A DNA stretch of 64,000 bases from Rhizodiscina lignyota (lineage: Eukaryota), in assembly GCA_010015805.1 (NCBI GenBank), contig ML978123.1, forward strand, positions 2,418,001 through 2,482,000, written 5' to 3'. This document shows positions 20,601 through 32,113 of this stretch, in pieces. The translations under genes were made by a program, and so were the position numbers. The stretch's first letter is position 1. Each line of letters begins with the position of its first letter. Under the pieces are notes generated by a model. The model was given only the letters and a program-made list of their open reading frames with translations. It was not told the DNA's origin and searched no databases.

Positions 20601-21038
20601 CTTGAGAACGACGAGGAAGCCGCGCGTCTTGAAGCCGTCGGCCTTGATGCCTTCGTCGGACGGCCGCTGCCGGGCGACGAGCTGCTCGCTGCAATACCCA
20701 TGTGCGCGCCGTGGCAGGCGCTCGCGAACTACAAATACAAGGTCAAGATGCAGCCCGGCATGCAGAAGCGCGGGAAGGCGCTGAGGGAGATTCTGGGCCG
20801 GTGGGACGCAGATGCAAAGGTGGGCAGGAACGTGGACGAGAAGAGCGAGGATGGCGAGAAGATGTGGCCAAGGGAGATTGAGCTTGTGAGGGCGTGGAAG
20901 GAAGCCGAGGTCGTGGGCGTGCTGCCGGTTGGAAAGCTCAGGGTAATGCTGAGTGGAGGGGGTGGTGGGAAGGACGGTGGTAAAGGCAAAGGGAAGGCCC
21001 AGGCGAAGGGGAAGGGTGGGAAAGGTGGGAAGAAATAG
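17604..21038 (+). CDS. RQC2: Ribosome quality control complex subunit Rqc2/NEMF
   Basis: MKQRFSSLDV N-terminus, FWFEKF…GGKDAPQNE…YVHADLHGA (NFACT-R) and C-terminal CAPW…YKYKVKMQPG. Confidence 0.95.
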   Translation: MKQRFSSLDVKVIAHELNATLPSLRVTNIYDLSTRIFLIKFHAPNQREQLVIDSGFRCHLSSFARTTAAAPSPFVQRLRKFLKTRRVTKVAQIGTDRIIELQFSDGLYRLFLEFYAAGNIVLTDAELNVIALQRIVSEGDEQVKLGAKYNLEGRQNYAGVPELTRESVVERLKAAVAKQSEATQDDGAKKAKFKKKGKDALRKTLAVSLTEYPPMLLDHGLSVVGFDKETSPEEVIEKDSVMEKLMEALQEARRIIDEVMAASIVKGYILAKPLKKSEQEKEANKESGEGSDTTSNLIYDDFHPFKPHQFESDPSIRFLEFEGFNKTVDEFFSSIEGQRLESRLHEREEAAKRKLDQARADHEKRIDSLQQVQVSNVRKAQAIEANLERVEEAKAAVNGLIGQGMDWADIARLIETEQKRGNQVAQMIKLPLKLYENTVTLLLAEPSFDEDPDDEGYETETHSSDSEDELPTTTKGKELAAKEEDKRLTVDIDLGLSSWTNASQYYDQKKSAVKKEEKTAQASGKALKSAQLKIQADLKKGLKQEKDVLRPVRKQFWFEKFLYFISSEGYLVLGGKDAPQNELLYRKHLRKGDVYVHADLHGASSVIIKNNPATPDAPIPPSTLSQAGNLSVCTSSAWDSKAVMSAWWVNADQVSKTAPTGEYLTTGGFMIRGQKNFLPPAQLLLGFAVMFQISEDSKSRHIKHRILDSDPTVLGAAEAKPPEPAEEAAPEPEPEPEPAAPTQDSDEEEDFPDVKVTGLSIDSDEDEDFPDAKLDDSNPEAEDEEEGTATYNPLQEGTSEAKENEDDGDDNESYAENEDEVADPTKGAEKAQSSENAADEKSQKGTRHLSAKERRLLRKGITSSQQPSTAASESDPEPRDTRPSAPSPAPTSSSASKGKPQPVPRGKRGKQKKLAAKYADQDEEDRELAMRILGSKTGQEQAKAEAEARKKKKEEEEAQKQRRREQHQRVQAAAEEKRRRAVDGAARAEGAPEDDADETLENDEEAARLEAVGLDAFVGRPLPGDELLAAIPMCAPWQALANYKYKVKMQPGMQKRGKALREILGRWDADAKVGRNVDEKSEDGEKMWPREIELVRAWKEAEVVGVLPVGKLRVMLSGGGGGKDGGKGKGKAQAKGKGGKGGKK

Positions 21039-21866
21039 ATATGGCTTGCTCAGGGCGCGGTGGCCAGTGTTTCAGGAGCCCAAGAGAATTGTAAGCTGTA
21101 TCTTACATGCACTCTTAGACCGCACTGCTCAAATGGCAAATTTCCAAACCTTCCAACTACACAACTCTTGTCCTCGCTGTTCCTCATCCTGCGTCCTCAC
21201 TGATCAGCTCAAGACGCATAATTGTATCTTTTTGACGCCGGCTGTCTCTGCCACGACCAACAGCGCAGGGTGGAGCTCGCGGAAATGGTCTCTGAATGTG
21301 AAAATGGCGCTCAGGTTCGCCAATTGGTTGTCTAGCTGTCCAAGTCGGCTCATTTTCCAATTACCAGACAACTCTTAAATCAAGCAAATCCCATGATTCA
21401 ATTCGTCGGAACCGCGCGAGAAGAACGATGTTGAACAATCTGGTATTGAGAACGTCTCAAATCGAGAGATGGCTCAATTGAGAACAAGATGCTACCGCTG
21501 GCTGTGCTGCGCTATAGAGTACAGTTTGGATATCGAGCTTTCGCAAAAATGACATGATCCGATGGTAATGGTATCGCTGCTGGGCCTTCTTCAATTCTGC
21601 CCAGGTGATTGACGACCGAAAATAGAAAAGCGAGAGAGGAAGAGAAAGAAAAAGATTGCAACGCTGCCCCATGGTCCGGTGCCAATCCCCGGCTGTTCCC
21701 TATTCCAGCTTTCGCTGATTCCAAAAGAAAATTCCAAAAATGAGCTTTCGCTGGCATCTTGCCGAGTTATACGCCAAACAAAGGGACCATTTCCACCGAG
21801 GAATCTCACCCGAAACCATAGCAAAAGAGCGTGGTCCCAATAACTAGGAAAAGCTGCCTGCAACTA

Positions 21867-24626
21867 TCATCTCCAGACCTTCTTCCCGCCCTCTTCTTCC
21901 ACTGTTCCTACTCTTGACCTCGCAAGTGGCAGCATACTCACCCTGCGCCCAGCAACACTGCTCGGCCTCGATGGCTTGCTCGTCGTCCTCACGCTGGGGC
22001 TCTCGTCTTCTGCCTCCGCACCAGCGTCCGGTTCCATGGCCGGTGTTGTCGGCACTACGTTCGCGCTACTTGACCGTCTTGCGCTGGCAGCTGCGTGTGT
22101 AGATGAAGCCGACGGGATCGAAGACGACGACGCACGATTCGCCTTTGCGAGTTGAGTGACGCCAGCAGCTGGCCTTACTCTAGGCGCCGCCAACTTGCTC
22201 GTGGTGCCAGGCGCTTTGGAGTCCCCTTTTGAGCCAGCCATCGCGACGCTCGCGGCCGCAAGACTCAATCTACTTGGAGGCCGGGTACTCCGATTGCTCG
22301 CGTTGCTCGTCGAGCTGTCAGCACGGCTGCGTGAAGGTGGTCTGCCTAGCCCGAGCGGACTTGGAATTGGTAATGCTGATCGCGTAGATCTTAACACTGG
22401 CTTTTGTCCCGTCGGAGTGGGCGAGTCTCTGCGGTGTGGTGATGGCGTGGTAGCGGAGAGCGGCTTAAAGTTGTGGCCTATGACGGTGTCTTTCATGTTG
22501 GTGCTGGAGTTCCATCTCGGTTTAGACGGGTCCATACCGGCCGGACTCCTTCCCGGATTTCGTCTGTTGCCTGGAGTAGGTGTCGTTGAGCACGCAGAGA
22601 AGCGAGGCGAGAGCGGAGAGTCCGATCCAGTTTCGCTGACCGAACCAGACATTGAGCGATTTGTTGAGATTATTTTCTGGGAGTACGGCGAGGTGTAGTT
22701 CTGTCCATAATTCTTCGCAACAACTGGTAAACTCGAGTGCCGTCTGTTTGCCGTACCCTGAACCTGGGTCGTGCTACTAGCGAAGCTGCTTTGTCTTGAC
22801 TTCCCGTTAACACCAGGCGTACCGATTCCAGAATGTCCGTACTCGCTGCTCTTGCGTGACATAAGAACGACGGAGCTCGCAGGGCTCGATCCAGGTGTGT
22901 CGACTGCCGATGACGCAATACTGCGGTCCATGCTCAGTATCGTGGAGATTGAATCGCGCAAGTTGTTCTTGTTAATATTCAATTCCACCAGCACAAAGTC
23001 CATAGCCTTCATCTCAGCCTCCAGCTCCGACCACTTCTCTTTCATATCCTTCTGCAGGGTGAGAACTTCGCCGTTGACTGTGAGCCTATCTCGGACACCC
23101 TTGTCTATGATGGCAAGGACACGCTTGATGGCATCACCGTAATGCGTCTTCTTATCCTCGTAGCTTTGGATCTTCCTCGTCATGAGAGGCGGATTTGTAT
23201 GTTGCTCTCCCTGGTCAAGCGCTTCACGTAGCTTTCCCATGCTCCTGCTGACGCTTTCGCACATCTTGATCATTTGCCGCCCAGAATTGCGAAACAGGAC
23301 TACCCATTTGTCCTCACCCAGCTCTCGCCTCAGAGCCTCAACGTCAGAATCCAACTTCCCGTACTTTGCCTCCAACTGCTCACGTCTATGCTCCAAGTCC
23401 ACGCATGCCGTAGGAAACGTCTCCGATCCCCTGTTTGAAAAACCGGCGAGCCGCATGGGCAAAAAGTCCAATGACGCGCGTAGTGGTTGCATGCGCGCGA
23501 CCAATTGCACAATGTTTGCATTCTCCGCGTCGTCGTTTTCCTGGCTAGCCTGTGACTGCAGAGCTTGTGGTGGAAACTCGGCGATGCTGAATCGATTGTT
23601 CACCTTTGCACCATTCCGGCTCGGCGCCTCTTCAACAATGGTCTCCAGCTCTTTAAGGTCCAGCTTATTCTCGCCCATCACGTCCACCATAACCGCTCTA
23701 TGCCTCCGCTCTTCCATCTCATACACGAACCGACCCAGCGATTCCAGCTCCAAGCCAATCTCTCCCAAGACACTGTTCCAAAGCTCTTCCCATTCCATCG
23801 CCAATTCGACCTGCTCCTTCACCTCGTCCAAGCTCCTCTTGATATCTTCCCAATCATTGAGTATTGTCTCCATCCTTTCCACCAGCACCTCCAATTCCCT
23901 CGGTTCTAACGTTGATATGTCTGGCCGTAGCTGTACATTCTCAATCGCAATGACATATACCCCGATTAGGCTCTGAAATCGATTTATCGCAATGTCGACC
24001 TCGTCCAGTCCATCTCTCCCGCCCGCGGCAGCCCATTCGACGTCATCTTCCGCATCCAGGCCATTGAGGACTTCAGACGCCTTCTTTATCCACCGCTTTA
24101 TTTGGTCTGCGGCATCAGTCAGTGCTCTTGCGGCGGCAGTGCTCGAAGGTATGGCAGCGATGCTTGTGGACAGCGACGACGCGTCAGGTAGCTTTATTGA
24201 CGTGAGCTGGGCAATTTGGCTTGTAAATGACACTCTCGAGAGGGTGAAGACCGAGTTCGTTCGGTGCACGCCATAGGGATTGAAATAGCCAGTCGGATCG
24301 TAGGCGGTGCTGGACGCGCTGATTGCGCTATTCGGCTCGTCTTTCGGAGGGGGAGTCGGCGCTGGACCGTCTGGCGACAGTGGACTCGAGCTACTGTTGC
24401 TGTTGAAGTTGCTGTTGAAGTTGCTGTTGAAGTTGCTGTTGAAGTTCCCACTTAAAGGAAAGGGTATGCTTCGGGGATGCGCCCTCGTCTTGCCGTGCTC
24501 AGGGAGTCTGTATTTGAGCGTGTCGATGCCATCGCCTTCCGAGTCCGATGCCATGGGGCGCGAGCTGGTGCTTATGATGCTCGAGATGTCGCTGTCGAGC
24601 TGCGTCTCTGCCTCCATGGCGGGCAT
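21867..24626 (-). CDS. KAR9: Kar9-family karyogamy/spindle positioning protein
   Basis: Helical region with MEWEELWN, RASLDFLPMRL and RELGEDKWVVLFR, followed by an S/P-rich basic tail with KPRWN. Confidence 0.82.
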   Translation of the reverse strand: MPAMEAETQLDSDISSIISTSSRPMASDSEGDGIDTLKYRLPEHGKTRAHPRSIPFPLSGNFNSNFNSNFNSNFNSNSSSSPLSPDGPAPTPPPKDEPNSAISASSTAYDPTGYFNPYGVHRTNSVFTLSRVSFTSQIAQLTSIKLPDASSLSTSIAAIPSSTAAARALTDAADQIKRWIKKASEVLNGLDAEDDVEWAAAGGRDGLDEVDIAINRFQSLIGVYVIAIENVQLRPDISTLEPRELEVLVERMETILNDWEDIKRSLDEVKEQVELAMEWEELWNSVLGEIGLELESLGRFVYEMEERRHRAVMVDVMGENKLDLKELETIVEEAPSRNGAKVNNRFSIAEFPPQALQSQASQENDDAENANIVQLVARMQPLRASLDFLPMRLAGFSNRGSETFPTACVDLEHRREQLEAKYGKLDSDVEALRRELGEDKWVVLFRNSGRQMIKMCESVSRSMGKLREALDQGEQHTNPPLMTRKIQSYEDKKTHYGDAIKRVLAIIDKGVRDRLTVNGEVLTLQKDMKEKWSELEAEMKAMDFVLVELNINKNNLRDSISTILSMDRSIASSAVDTPGSSPASSVVLMSRKSSEYGHSGIGTPGVNGKSRQSSFASSTTQVQGTANRRHSSLPVVAKNYGQNYTSPYSQKIISTNRSMSGSVSETGSDSPLSPRFSACSTTPTPGNRRNPGRSPAGMDPSKPRWNSSTNMKDTVIGHNFKPLSATTPSPHRRDSPTPTGQKPVLRSTRSALPIPSPLGLGRPPSRSRADSSTSNASNRSTRPPSRLSLAAASVAMAGSKGDSKAPGTTSKLAAPRVRPAAGVTQLAKANRASSSSIPSASSTHAAASARRSSSANVVPTTPAMEPDAGAEAEDESPSVRTTSKPSRPSSVAGRRVSMLPLARSRVGTVEEEGGKKVWR
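24399..24446. repeat. Coding 12-bp tandem repeat x4 (NFNS) in KAR9
   Basis: GCTGTTGAAGTT at 24399, 24411, 24423 and 24435. Confidence 0.9.
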
Positions 24627-26047
24627 GTGTTGCCCTGACCGTCTCGTGTGTCCGACAGATCGCGACTACACTCGGGTCCCTGAGAGAAATCACGTCCGCC
24701 GGCGGCGCCGACCAGCGCCCAGAAGAAGAGCGCGAGGGTGAATTGTTGCCTGCAGCTTTGCAGAATGTTCTTTGGGACTTCTTCTTGCGGTGTCTGACTC
24801 GGGCAATCCACCGCTCTTCCGGCCGGGTGCAAGGTGACGTTGAAAGTCGACGTTCCCAGGCTCCAGGATTCCTCGAAAAAGCGACCAGGGCACGGTGTGT
24901 GAGAGAGGTGGTGGAAACGGTTTTGTCGGCTGAAACACTTGCACGCAATTAACTAATGACAGGTGCCTGCCAGCGGCCCGACTGGATGAGGAGGAGGCAG
25001 TTGGGGGGGTGGTGGTCACGGTGGTGAATTTTTGGCAGCGGCGTCCGTGGCTTGGTCACACCACAGCACAGGATTGGGAGGCCCGCGCGCCTTGATTCGA
25101 CAGCAGCAGCCACTTCCGATTCGGGCAGGGCAAAGCTCGTCACAGCGAGGCGTGCGGAGAGGAGGCTCAGGAGGTGAGCAACGAGCCTCAGATGGCGGGG
25201 CGGAGGGCAGTACACGACGACTCGAGCACGCAGAGCGGATGATTCGCGACGTTGGGGGAGATTGCAGCGGCAGGAATAGCTGGCAGAGCTAGCAGGGCCA
25301 GCGCGGTCAAGAGGCACCGAAAAGATGTAAGCGTGCAGCAAAAGCGAGCCTCACGACGCGCTGCAATTCGGCGGCGAGCGAGCGAGAGACGCGCCTTGCA
25401 TGCACCACGCTACCCGCAGACGCGTCCGTGGCCGCTCGATTGGGCCGCGACAGCAACAACAAAGAGCACTCTGGATATCACGGCAGGACGTGGTGCTCAG
25501 GAGGGCGGGCCAGGCGAAGAGCTCGCTAGGGCCAAATGGATATGGGCAGATGTTCTCTGCTCTGCTCTGCTCTGCTCGCCGAAGGAAGTGCAAGGGCGTC
25601 AGGGGTGGCTTGGTCCCTCCGCGTTTCATGTTTTCTGAGAGGCTGACTTAGCAGCTGCCATCCCGGCCGCCACGATAGAGCCTCCCTACCTAGGCCGTGT
25701 CCTTTCCGTGGTCTCGGGACTCACTTGTCAGTCTGGTGAAGACACGCTGTGGAGGAGGCTTGAGCTGCTTCGAAGCTGTCAATCATACTGTTCCTCTGCC
25801 TGCTGAATTGGTAGTTAAAGACTCTACGGGTATAACTAAGACGCATTACAAACATGTATGCAATGCTCGATGGCTCTTCAATTTCGTCCATCGGGGGAGC
25901 AGCATGCCCCTATGCCGTAAAGGCGTGGCCTCTCCAGCCAGCCAGAGATATCTTCCACCGCAAATACGCTGCGACAACGCCTTGCCAATGACATACGAAT
26001 AGACAATCAACAACTTATCCTCTCTCCTCCTGCATGTGTGAGGCTGG

Positions 26048-27730
26048 TCACTCTGCCTTTGCACCCATCTGGTTCTTCTCCCTCTCCTTCGCCTCCCAAT
26101 CTCGCACAATTTCTTCCCTTACGCTCTTACACCATTGCAGCAGCGCATCGTCGAAGCCCCTCCATGCCTTGTCGCACACCTCCTTGCCCTTGTCGTCACA
26201 CACGACGCCCATTACGTCCACGTTCATCTTGACATCCCACCTCCGCTCTGCAGCTTTGATCCAGTACCGCACATTCTCGGCGCAGCGATACGGCTTGGCT
26301 GTGTCGGTATGCCATTTCGTGATCTCCTCGAAGTGCCTCTTGGACGCTCGCACGGCCGCGTTGTGCGCGTGGACAAGCAGCACGCCAGTCCTGAACCTCG
26401 CCAGGAACGGCGTCGGCAGTGAACCTCCTTCTACTGGAGGCAGCTCCGGCCAATCTGGCAGCTCCTCCTCGCCACTGGGCATCAAGCTGTTCAGAAACAG
26501 CCGCTCCCTCTCCCTCTCTTTGCCTGTCCAATCGCCAGTCCTCCACCTCCACCGTTCCCGCTCTTCCTGCTCGCGCCTCTCCATGTCCTCCTCCGTCTTC
26601 AGCAAGTCGCTGATTCCTACGATCCATAGCAATATTGCGTTCTGCTCGCTCGCCTTGATGCCGCCCGCAAAGTTCCGCGCTGCCATGCGTTTGAGCACCT
26701 CCAGCACCTGGTACAGCTCTGCGCGGATGGCGCGTTCCGACTTGATGCTATATAGTCGCTGCGGCCGCTCGTGCGCTGTATAGTAATTCTTCGCGGCGCG
26801 GATCGCGAGCGTGGTGACATCGAGCAGGTGGAGGCCTTGGATCTCGTGAACTCCTTGAGCTTCGTCTTTTGGCTTGTCTGGCGTCGGCGTGCCGTGCGCA
26901 TTATTCGAGCTGGCGTCCTTCTTCGGTGTGCTGGGAGCGCTGGTTGGTTTCAATTTATGCAGCTCCTCAAGCACTTTACATGCATCCTCGACGGCTTGAA
27001 GCAATTCCTTCCGCAACGTCTTTACATCTGGTGGCGGTGGCACATATGCTGGTCTATAATTATATGTGCTCACAGTTGGCGGGAGCATTGCCGACGACTC
27101 TGTGTCCCAGTTTGGGTCCTCTTCCTGATCAACCGGGCTGTCCACAATCACGCTCGTCCCGTACGAATCGTCCATGGCTGCAGCTCCTACACTCTCCATT
27201 GCCATGGCGAGTATCTCCGGGTTTGATCCGAAGTAGACGGTATTTCTGTTGCTCTTGGGAAGCGAGGAGTCTCTCTGCTCGTCACCCTCAAAGCCACTTG
27301 ACCTTTTCCTTGCTAATTGCGCCCCTTTGCCGTCCAAAAGCCCAGTTCGTGCAAAGTAGTACTGCAGATGTGCGATGGAGCCCAAGCTCATCACACTTTC
27401 CCTGTTCTTTGCAGACGCAGCAAAGTTTGTGGCCTGTGGTCTCATGTAGCCCCTTCTCTTGTTCACTGCCAAGGACGGCCCTTCTGCTGTCGACAACCTC
27501 GAGCTCGTAGACGCACTGCCGGATATCGACGACGTGGCGGAGGATGCTGTGGACAACGATCGATCGAGTCCAGGACACGCGGATATTGCGAGAGAAGGCG
27601 TAAGCGAGGGCGGAGGAGAGGCGGAATCCGAACGCTCGATTATCGGCACGTCGATGGGGATGCTGTCTGCGCCATTTTCGTTCTCGTGCACGGCTGCCGC
27701 AGGTGGAGTGGGAGTGAGGATCTCAGCCAT
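26048..27730 (-). CDS. 560-aa fungal hypothetical protein
   Basis: Long intact ORF with ordered blocks (ESVMSLGSIAHLQYYFARTG; KPYRCAENVRYWIKAAE). Function not recognised. Confidence 0.8.
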   Translation of the reverse strand: MAEILTPTPPAAAVHENENGADSIPIDVPIIERSDSASPPPSLTPSLAISACPGLDRSLSTASSATSSISGSASTSSRLSTAEGPSLAVNKRRGYMRPQATNFAASAKNRESVMSLGSIAHLQYYFARTGLLDGKGAQLARKRSSGFEGDEQRDSSLPKSNRNTVYFGSNPEILAMAMESVGAAAMDDSYGTSVIVDSPVDQEEDPNWDTESSAMLPPTVSTYNYRPAYVPPPPDVKTLRKELLQAVEDACKVLEELHKLKPTSAPSTPKKDASSNNAHGTPTPDKPKDEAQGVHEIQGLHLLDVTTLAIRAAKNYYTAHERPQRLYSIKSERAIRAELYQVLEVLKRMAARNFAGGIKASEQNAILLWIVGISDLLKTEEDMERREQEERERWRWRTGDWTGKERERERLFLNSLMPSGEEELPDWPELPPVEGGSLPTPFLARFRTGVLLVHAHNAAVRASKRHFEEITKWHTDTAKPYRCAENVRYWIKAAERRWDVKMNVDVMGVVCDDKGKEVCDKAWRGFDDALLQWCKSVREEIVRDWEAKEREKNQMGAKAE

Positions 27731-28534
27731 GGTCGCGGTGCTGCTGCGGGAAGTGTGCAGCAGTTATATGCAGGCTGGCGGGCGCTACAGCAGGGAGATG
27801 AGATGCAGTGCCTGCACCTTGGCCCCGAACGTTTTATCGTACAGCCCAGGACGTCGGGTTGATCTGGAAACTTTGGCGAGCTTGGGGGAATGCCCCTGAA
27901 ATTCACCGTGTCCGCATGCGGGATGCCGCGATCACAAAGTTGTCTTTGGGCGCTGAAGGAGGTCGGTAGAGGAGGATGTGACACGGGAGAAGATACGCTA
28001 GGATTCGTGCCAATACGGACGAGAAAAATCAGGCTATCCAACAGTTCGTCGCGCGGTGGTTTGATCCCCCTTCAATGCGAGACGCGTGAGACGGCGGCCT
28101 GGATGTATAGGGCAAAGGGTCCAAGCGCGCGGGAGAGCAACCAGGTGGCGTCGTATGTTTATGCGGAAATTCTGGCAGTTTCCGACATCACCATTGCTGG
28201 ATTGAGAAAAGGTGAGGTGGAACAGGCAGAGAAATGGAAGCTGGCTGTACGTATGAACGATCCAGACGATGGTACGGCGTCTCGGGTCTTACAAGTTACA
28301 ACGCGTTGGTAGTCCCCTGGCAGCTCGTCCGGAGATGGAGATGCAGGGATCCGGATGCTAGACAGGGATGTCGAAGAAACGATATCCATGTTCTGGAAGA
28401 CGGATAGATCTGCACCATTACGACACGCGTTTTTGCCTCTCGAATTCTCACAATTGCATCACTGAAATCGCAATTCAAACTACAATTGCGCCCAGTTTCA
28501 TGGAATGAAAAGGCTATTCTCAAGCTTTGGAGCC

Positions 28535-29025
28535 ATGTCGAAAAGAGTACTCCATTCCGCGAATAATCGTTAAAGTGGCACAGTGGCTGATCTCAGTACA
28601 CAGATCTCATACAAGGTGGAAGGTGAAGTTCAAGGTAAGAAATTTCGTTTATCAGCAATTCAAACTTCAACTAACATATCATTCAGGTGTTTTCTTCCGG
28701 TATTTACGAACATCACCGTACCTCCCCAGGTACCGCTAACAGATCGCTCACAGCAAGTTCGCCGTGGAGCAAGCCAAAGCGGCAGGTGTAACGGGCTTCG
28801 TCAAGAATGCTTCAGATGGTTCTGTACGCAGTATCTGGTATTTGTATAATTAAAGCCGCCCACTGAATCCATATGCAGGTAACAGGAGAGGCACAAGGCT
28901 CTGAGGACTCCCTCAAGCAATTCGTGCAGCATTTGCATAATGGCCCGTCTGCCGCAGAGGTGCACAATGTGTCGCAGTCAGATATCCAAACGAAGTCGGG
29001 AGAGACTGGTTTTGGTCAGCATTAA
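28535..29025 (+). CDS. Acylphosphatase (5 short exons; not recovered intact by the ORF track)
   Basis: Splicing four GT-AG introns gives MSKRISYKVEGEVQGVFFRKFAVEQAKAAGVTGFVKNASDGSVTGEAQG…HLHNGPSAAEV…, with the VQGVxFR and GxVxN signatures. Confidence 0.9.
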
Positions 29026-29637
29026 GATCCGCAGGACAACGTAGTGACGAGGACTATGGCATGACCGGGCTGTCAATCTGATAGGACACCGAGGCACATT
29101 GACGGACACTCCAAAGACATCAAACCAATGCATGAACTTCCAAAAATATGTATACCAGCAATTAAAAAATCCCTACAAACTAAGAAATAGTACACACCTT
29201 TGACCAGATGGTTCCAGATGCCAAGTCTTCGTCAGCTGTGAAAATTCCAAGCCAGTGACTGTGCTCAATGGAGTGACTGTAATTTAATGGCTCGATGTAT
29301 TGTACCCATGGCTCAATTTTCTGGTCGTCCTGGAACATTTACTGGCTTCCAAAGACATTTTCGAGCAAATCAGATTTTGTATCTCGATGATTGAGTACCT
29401 AGAATACAAGGCGTCTAAGTGTCTGCGCCATATTCTCACTCCCATGTTTTGAAGCTAACTGCAAGTCCATCATAATGCTGCAACCTAATGCAATGCGGCA
29501 TGAAAGCCATTTATGAAGGGTATGCTGCAAGCCAGTAAGGAAGCATCAGAAAGCATGTGCAAAATCAATGGTGTCTATGCATCCATTGAACATCCGACTC
29601 CACAGAAATACTCGCTCCCACACCTGGTACTCATGAC

Positions 29638-31053
29638 TCAGGCCTTCGCTGAATACATTTTCTTTTTCCTCGTCATCGCCTTCTCGATGGCCTCTCCGAG
29701 TCCATAGGCCACCTTGCTCTCCCCATAACGCCATATCATCCTTGGGTGCGAAATCACCTTTGCCTCATCCGCCTTGATAGCCGTCAAGGCAGCCAGGAAT
29801 CGATCGTCCGTCTTCGTCAACATTCGGCGGCCCACGAACGCCAGCTTGATGCTTCGCAATTCTCCATGCTGGGTGAAGATGCGAAAGCATTCAATGAGAT
29901 TAGGATCGTGAACGAAGCGGCGTTCCTCGTTGGTAAGGCCCGGGGTAGTACTAGGCATAGCATCATCGCAGACGAACGTGACATCCCGTATTAGGGACAA
30001 GTTCTTGTGTCCGATAGATGAGAGGAATAGACGAACATCCTTGAAGCCAATCTCCTTGCCCTCGGCAGACCAGTAAGGTGAGCGGGGCATTCTATTCCTC
30101 TCGAAACTGAACGAATTCTCGCAATACAGGATCTCCCGGCCCTCGGATAAGATTTGTTTGCAAGTGCGGAGGAATTGTCCGGAGAGTTTGAAGTGTATGG
30201 GATGGTAAAAGTCGACTGTATTGTCGGGCTGATAGAAGACTAGATGGTATATGCGATTGCGAATTTCTGCTGGAAGAGTTGGCCAACCCCAGGGGGTAGA
30301 AGTGGCCGAAGAATTCGTGTTGAGCCCGTGAGACAGCGGGTGAGTGGCGCTGAAGGATGTTGGCGCGACGGGAGAGGAGCTATTGCTAAAATAGTCCGAG
30401 GTACGAGAGCGTTTGCGGAGCTGATCATTTGATGTAACGAACGAGGAAAGGGGGATTTCGATGCGAAGCGGACCTTGAAAGCCAGCAGCAATGTTGAAGG
30501 TCAGGCTGAGTACCTCTGGAGTGGATGAGCTTTGTCCGTTGCGCTCCTTCTCTTCACTCGCCACGTTATCGAATGTCTGCATGTTCGTCGGCATCCGTCC
30601 TAATTCATCAAGTGTTGAGTTGAAATCGGGCGGCGCAGGCGAGAGAGGAGATAGAAGTGGACTTGGGCTGCGATCTTTTCTTTTGCGTTGTTTCCGGGTG
30701 AGTTCAGCGATAAGGTCAGACTTTGGCTTGACCTTGACGCAGTCCTCATCGTATAGAGATTCGTAGCCAGTCGTGTCGCTACCTGCGTCCAATTCGAGGG
30801 AGTCTTGATAGTCTGGATTGAGACTCCTGCGGCCGGCTGACTCTCTTATCGGGCGACCAGTGCGTTTGTTGTAGCGCACAGCGAACTCACCTTCGCCGAG
30901 CTCTTCACTCGGCTTTCGCGGCAGGCGAAGATTCGCTTGATGGTTCGATTGGTGTTTGCCATGATGATTTGGTGTCTGCTTGGATGGCAAAGTCGATGGA
31001 TATTTGGAGGGTCGACGAAACGACGTGAAGTCTGAGCTTTCTGACGACGACAT
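29638..31053 (-). CDS. Hypothetical protein with F-box-like LPxEIRxxIY motif and fungal C-terminal domain
   Basis: Intact ORF with disordered N-half, then LPAEIRNRIYHLVF…FLRTCKQILSEGREILYCENSFSF. Likely ATG at 31053. Confidence 0.75.
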   Translation of the reverse strand: MSSSESSDFTSFRRPSKYPSTLPSKQTPNHHGKHQSNHQANLRLPRKPSEELGEGEFAVRYNKRTGRPIRESAGRRSLNPDYQDSLELDAGSDTTGYESLYDEDCVKVKPKSDLIAELTRKQRKRKDRSPSPLLSPLSPAPPDFNSTLDELGRMPTNMQTFDNVASEEKERNGQSSSTPEVLSLTFNIAAGFQGPLRIEIPLSSFVTSNDQLRKRSRTSDYFSNSSSPVAPTSFSATHPLSHGLNTNSSATSTPWGWPTLPAEIRNRIYHLVFYQPDNTVDFYHPIHFKLSGQFLRTCKQILSEGREILYCENSFSFERNRMPRSPYWSAEGKEIGFKDVRLFLSSIGHKNLSLIRDVTFVCDDAMPSTTPGLTNEERRFVHDPNLIECFRIFTQHGELRSIKLAFVGRRMLTKTDDRFLAALTAIKADEAKVISHPRMIWRYGESKVAYGLGEAIEKAMTRKKKMYSAKA

Positions 31054-32113
31054 TTTCACACGGCGCTGAAGCTGAGCAGAGTCATACGAGGACGACTCAA
31101 TTTTTGACGAAATGCTCGTGTTTGTTCCGATGATGAAGTTGGTATATGGAATCGTGATGGCGAGGAACGATCGTGCAGGAGGGTTCTTTTGAAGTGGAAG
31201 AGGCACCGTTGCCTGGTGTTTGGTTGGGTGGTCTAATTTAGAGCGTTGGGTACCATCGCGACTGCGGAAGGCGCGCCTCCTGGAAGGTGGAGGTGGAGCA
31301 CTGCGTGCCTACTCTTTACATCGCGCATGCCAACACGAAGAATTAACCTTTTTGGATCACATTACACAATTGAGAAAGACTACGCTAAACCGTGGCGCTT
31401 GCGGAAGGTGTACCAAAGTCGAGATTGCTCAAAGAAAGCAAGGTCGCACGGGAAGCAGTAAGAGACAATGAGAAATCGACAACCGCGGACGGTCTCTACA
31501 TCGCACCATCGCAGGGAACTCGGCTACTAGGAATTGGCCACGGCCATTGTATTCATTATTGGCCTAGACAGCGTCGTTAAGTACAAATAGTGGCAGCCGC
31601 ACTGCGCGCAACGCGGCCAATACAAACCGCGACGTGGCCAACATATATCCATCCCTTTCTTAATTGCTCCTTTCCCATCTCGTCAGCAGATTCAAGTATC
31701 ATGCTTGCCGCGCCAGAGGTCTGCGGTGCTGAATGCAATGCCCAATCTGATGCCAGCAGAATGCCGGGCACACAACGATGATTCCGGTCAGAAAGCGTCA
31801 CATTGTCTCTTGAAAGGTGGTGAAGTTGGCCCCGAGACATGTTCCAGCAGACACCCGCTGCGCCCGGCAGTGCCGAGTACAGCAGACGTACGTATGCCGC
31901 AAAGGCCATTCATCCCTCCGGATAATAGTTGTGTGAAGAAGGGAAAGGGAAGAGTCCGCGTTCCTGCAAATTTCAGCCTCCAAGAAGCTCCTCGGCCCTA
32001 AACCTCTTTGGGCCCTCGGTCCAAGCGAGTCATGTATTATTCCAATGCACACACATCACTCGTGTGACTGTGCGAAGCTTTCTCTTCAACAGCGTTGCAT
32101 GCTGAGATAAGAC

